A stretch of DNA of 64,000 bases from Campylobacterales bacterium (GTDB taxonomy: Bacteria; Campylobacterota; Campylobacteria; Campylobacterales; Sulfurimonadaceae). The stretch is taken from the NCBI GenBank assembly GCA_038205935.1, contig JBBRBK010000003.1, forward strand, positions 1-64,000. Reading direction: 5' to 3'. The position numbers and the translations under genes are program-made. Below are positions 61,111 through 64,000 of this stretch, in pieces. Below the pieces are notes generated by a model. It was given only the letters and a program-made list of their open reading frames with translations. It was not told where the DNA came from and searched no databases. Positions within the stretch are counted from its first letter, which is position 1. Every line of letters begins with the position of its first letter.

Positions 61111-62401
61111 TGTTATTTCCAAAAGAGATATTTATACTAACATTCATCCCTTTAAGTGATGCAACCACATCTTCATTACTGAGTGCTTTTAGAAGAGTTT
61201 TTAAAGCTTCAATACCATCGGCTGTATTTGCTGATAGTTCTTCTTTAACCTGAGGAACTATCTCTTCACTAAATGTATCTTTAGCTTCATTGAAAATCTC
61301 TTCTTCTTCATCGAATATCAATTTATCTTCGCTTATATCTTCAACTTTTTCACCAAGCGCTATCTTTAAAGACTTTTCATCCAAAGTTGCGAACTCATCT
61401 AAGTCATCAAAACTTAGATCAATTTCTTGGTCCAAATCATCTTGGCTTAAAGTTCCAAGGGCACTTTCTATTTCATCTTCAAGTGTATCCAAATTAAAAT
61501 CATCATCCTCAATAGAATCAAATTCGCTATCTTCAAGGATCACTTTATCATCTACGGGAGTTGCTTGTGTTGTTTTAAGTTCGTCAAAATCTAAGTCATC
61601 TTCAAAAAGGAGTTTTTCTGGCTTTACACTTTCCATATCTGTTAACATGTCAAGATCATCGAAACTAAAATCATCTTCTAACTCATCTTCAGGGAGAGAA
61701 TCTTTTTCTTTCACAGCATTGAAATCTTCAAGATTTATCTCATGAGATTCGGCTAAAGATTTATCATTTTCAAATTCAAAATTATCAAGATCAAACTCGT
61801 CGTCCAAGTTTAATTCATCATCCTCTTTATCTGACTCTGCCTCGTCCAAAAGATTTTTAACCTCTTGAACCTCATCTTGATCAAGAATTGAGCCTATCTC
61901 ATCATCGGCAAGATCAAGATTGTCCAAATCAAGATCATCTAAATTTAAATCAAAATCATCTAAATTGAGACCATCGTCTATATCAGAATCAGTCAGAACG
62001 TCATGATAAAGATCTTTATTTATATCGAAATCTTCTTCTGTTTCCACATGCTCAAGGCTTACTGGTTCATCTTTCATTTTTAAAACAGCAGTAGAAATTG
62101 AACTTAGCAACTCTACGAGATCTGTTGGTAAAAATGGTTTTTTAACTTCATGATCAAACTCATCAACACTTTGCGAACCGCGTGAAAGCATATAAAGAGA
62201 ACGTTTATAGGAGATCTTTGATTTGAGTTCATCCATCAAGTCTGGAGTATATAAGGCTTCATCGATGATAAGAAGATCATACGAACCACCCAAAATCTCT
62301 TCCACATTGTTTACGATTAAAATTTCACTACCCGTTTTTTGTGCACTCAGAGTAACGAGCTTCGTAACAACTGGGTTGTCGTTTAAGAGTAAAATGTTCA
62401 T
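61100..62401 (-). CDS. Highly acidic protein with N-terminal receiver-like domain
   Basis: MNILLLNDNPVV, KPFLPTDL, long D/E-rich region; conserved position between fliR and gmk in Campylobacterota. Confidence 0.8.
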   Translation of the reverse strand: MNILLLNDNPVVTKLVTLSAQKTGSEILIVNNVEEILGGSYDLLIIDEALYTPDLMDELKSKISYKRSLYMLSRGSQSVDEFDHEVKKPFLPTDLVELLSSISTAVLKMKDEPVSLEHVETEEDFDINKDLYHDVLTDSDIDDGLNLDDFDLNLDDLDLDNLDLADDEIGSILDQDEVQEVKNLLDEAESDKEDDELNLDDEFDLDNFEFENDKSLAESHEINLEDFNAVKEKDSLPEDELEDDFSFDDLDMLTDMESVKPEKLLFEDDLDFDELKTTQATPVDDKVILEDSEFDSIEDDDFNLDTLEDEIESALGTLSQDDLDQEIDLSFDDLDEFATLDEKSLKIALGEKVEDISEDKLIFDEEEEIFNEAKDTFSEEIVPQVKEELSANTADGIEALKTLLKALSNEDVVASLKGMNVSINISFGNNSDK

Positions 62402-62457
62402 AATTGCAGTGTCCTTGGATGATTGAATAGAATTTGACTTATTGTATCAAAAAAATG

Positions 62458-63222
62458 TTAAAAAAGCTTTTCAAGCCAGTTAAATGCATCTTGCATCTGC
62501 CCTTGCAATATCAACATAGAGGATGCTAAAATCGCTATAAGAACTGCAAAAGAGATAATAATCTTAATTGGAAATCCAATAACCAAAAGGTTAAACTGTG
62601 GCATTGTTTTCATGAGCATCCCAAAGATAATATCAGCCATCCATGAAAGTGCAATAATAGGAAAAGCAATAGTAAAGCCTACGACAAACATATTTGCCGA
62701 AGCTTGTATCATATATGTAAAAAGAGATTTCGTCATAACAAAGCCACCAAGAGGAATATGGCTTAAAGAACTGTCAATAAATAAAAGCATCCAATGGTGA
62801 AGATTTAAAGAAAAAAGTACCATAAGCGCTATTAAAGATAAAAATTGGTTAATAATCGGCATAGAAATACCATTTTGCGGATCGATGGCACTTGCCATTG
62901 AAAAACCCATAGCAAAAGAGATAAGACCTCCAGCAAACGTAATCACATTAAAAGCCAGCTGTAAGACCACGCCGATAACAAGTCCAAACATTATTTCGCT
63001 AACTATCGCTATGATGATATTGGGGAGATTTATTGCGAATGTAATAGGTTGCATAGAGGAGTAGAAAACAATTGTAAACAAAAAAGCCATGGCACTTTTT
63101 AGAACCATAGGAATACTTTGGTGAGAGAAAATTGGAACAGCTATAAAAAGTGAACCAAATCTAAAAAAAAGAAGTAAGAAACCAACAACATTTGTATCGG
63201 TAAATATTGTTGCATAATTCAT
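62458..63222 (-). CDS. fliR: Flagellar biosynthetic protein FliR
   Basis: MGFSMASAIDP, KTMPQFNLLVIGFP. Confidence 0.93.
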   Translation of the reverse strand: MNYATIFTDTNVVGFLLLFFRFGSLFIAVPIFSHQSIPMVLKSAMAFLFTIVFYSSMQPITFAINLPNIIIAIVSEIMFGLVIGVVLQLAFNVITFAGGLISFAMGFSMASAIDPQNGISMPIINQFLSLIALMVLFSLNLHHWMLLFIDSSLSHIPLGGFVMTKSLFTYMIQASANMFVVGFTIAFPIIALSWMADIIFGMLMKTMPQFNLLVIGFPIKIIISFAVLIAILASSMLILQGQMQDAFNWLEKLF

Positions 63223-63866
63223 TATTTTACCTGAACGAGCTCTTTATTCTCTAAATGATAGATCTTATCACATCGATGTGCAAGAGCTTCATCATGAGTT
63301 ACAAGAACTAGGGCAGCCCCGTTTTGTGTGATATATTCATCAAATATATTCATCACTTCACGTGCTGTCTTATTATCAAGATTTCCTGTCGGTTCATCTG
63401 CAAAGATGATGCGCGGTTTTTTTGTCAAAACTCTGGCGATAGAAACGCGTTGTTGCTGTCCGCCTGAGAGTTCGCTCACCTTTTGATGCATCACTTCAGC
63501 GATTCCAAGTCTTTTTAAGAGTTCATTATCGATCTCTTCGCGACTAAGCATCGATGCAACTTCAAGATTTTCCATTGCGCTAAATCCACGAAAGAGATAA
63601 TGAGACTGGAAGATGATACCAAGATCATTACTTCTAAGATGTACCAACTCTTTCTCAGTTAAAGAGTTTAAATCTTTGCCTAAAATCTCTACACTTCCCT
63701 TTTTAGGTTTGAGTAGTGTTGAGAGTATATGTAAAAAAGTTGATTTTCCGCTTCCACTTACTCCGGTAATTGCGATTTTATCTCCTGCGCTTACATGTAA
63801 GGAGATATCCGAAAAAAGATCATATTCAAATGAGTGTGATATTAAAGTTGCATTTAGTAAATTCAT
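63222..63866 (-). CDS. ABC transporter ATP-binding protein (LolD-like)
   Basis: GVSGSGKS, LSGGQQQR, ADEPTGNLD, VTHD. Confidence 0.92.
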   Translation of the reverse strand: MNLLNATLISHSFEYDLFSDISLHVSAGDKIAITGVSGSGKSTFLHILSTLLKPKKGSVEILGKDLNSLTEKELVHLRSNDLGIIFQSHYLFRGFSAMENLEVASMLSREEIDNELLKRLGIAEVMHQKVSELSGGQQQRVSIARVLTKKPRIIFADEPTGNLDNKTAREVMNIFDEYITQNGAALVLVTHDEALAHRCDKIYHLENKELVQVK

Positions 63867-63938
63867 GGAGCGGATTATAACAAAGTGAAGATAAAAGAAA
63901 GGGAATAAGAACTAAAAAGGATGGATAAGGGAAAACCC

Positions 63939-64000
63939 TTATGCCATTTGTGCTGCGACTTCTGCTGCGAAATCGTCAACTTTTTTCTCTAAACCTTCAC
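63939..64000 (-). CDS. tsf: Elongation factor Ts, 3' end (partial)
   Basis: EGLEKKVDDFAAEVAAQMA*; hairpin ATAAGGG-AAAA-CCCTTAT over the stop. Confidence 0.88.
   Translation of the reverse strand, partial: EGLEKKVDDFAAEVAAQMA

Noticed and set aside
61100..62401. Extreme Asp/Glu low-complexity protein as a novelty
   Set aside because: Such acidic proteins are a known feature between fliR and gmk in Campylobacterota.

Overview
This is a 64 kb, AT-rich, gene-dense chromosomal segment from a Campylobacterota (epsilonproteobacterium). Gene order and protein similarity suggest a Sulfurimonas/Sulfuricurvum-like organism (inference). The housekeeping backbone is gpmI (partial)-mraY-murD, rsmG, alr, glcD, csd3-like M23, selD-mnmH, uvrB-dedA, icd, argS-tatA-gmk, fliR and tsf (partial). 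Accessory blocks: (i) a 10.7 kb double, convergent peptide-ligase cluster (two circularly permuted ATP-grasp ligases, alpha-E domains, two transglutaminases of which one is fused to a DUF2126 amidoligase, and a pair of M14 peptidases) beside a secreted MKCG-repeat protein; (ii) a peroxide-defence block (Fur/PerR, cytochrome c peroxidase); (iii) an OprC-like TonB receptor and EmrAB; (iv) a sulfur block (SQR-like + DUF1641, two-component pair, two YeeE/YedE half proteins, exported Tpx, dsbD remnant). No rRNA, tRNA, CRISPR or transposase was seen. The most striking signal outside the gene calls is a highly iterated palindrome, TTACATGTAA (14 exact 10-mers and at least 23 TACATGTA 8-mers by manual count, mostly inside CDSs). 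Three copies of it are interrupted at the same position by an 18-bp hairpin-bearing insert, one in-frame inside murD, which is a candidate very small site-specific mobile element. All calls come from reading the sequence and recognising motifs; no database searches were run.
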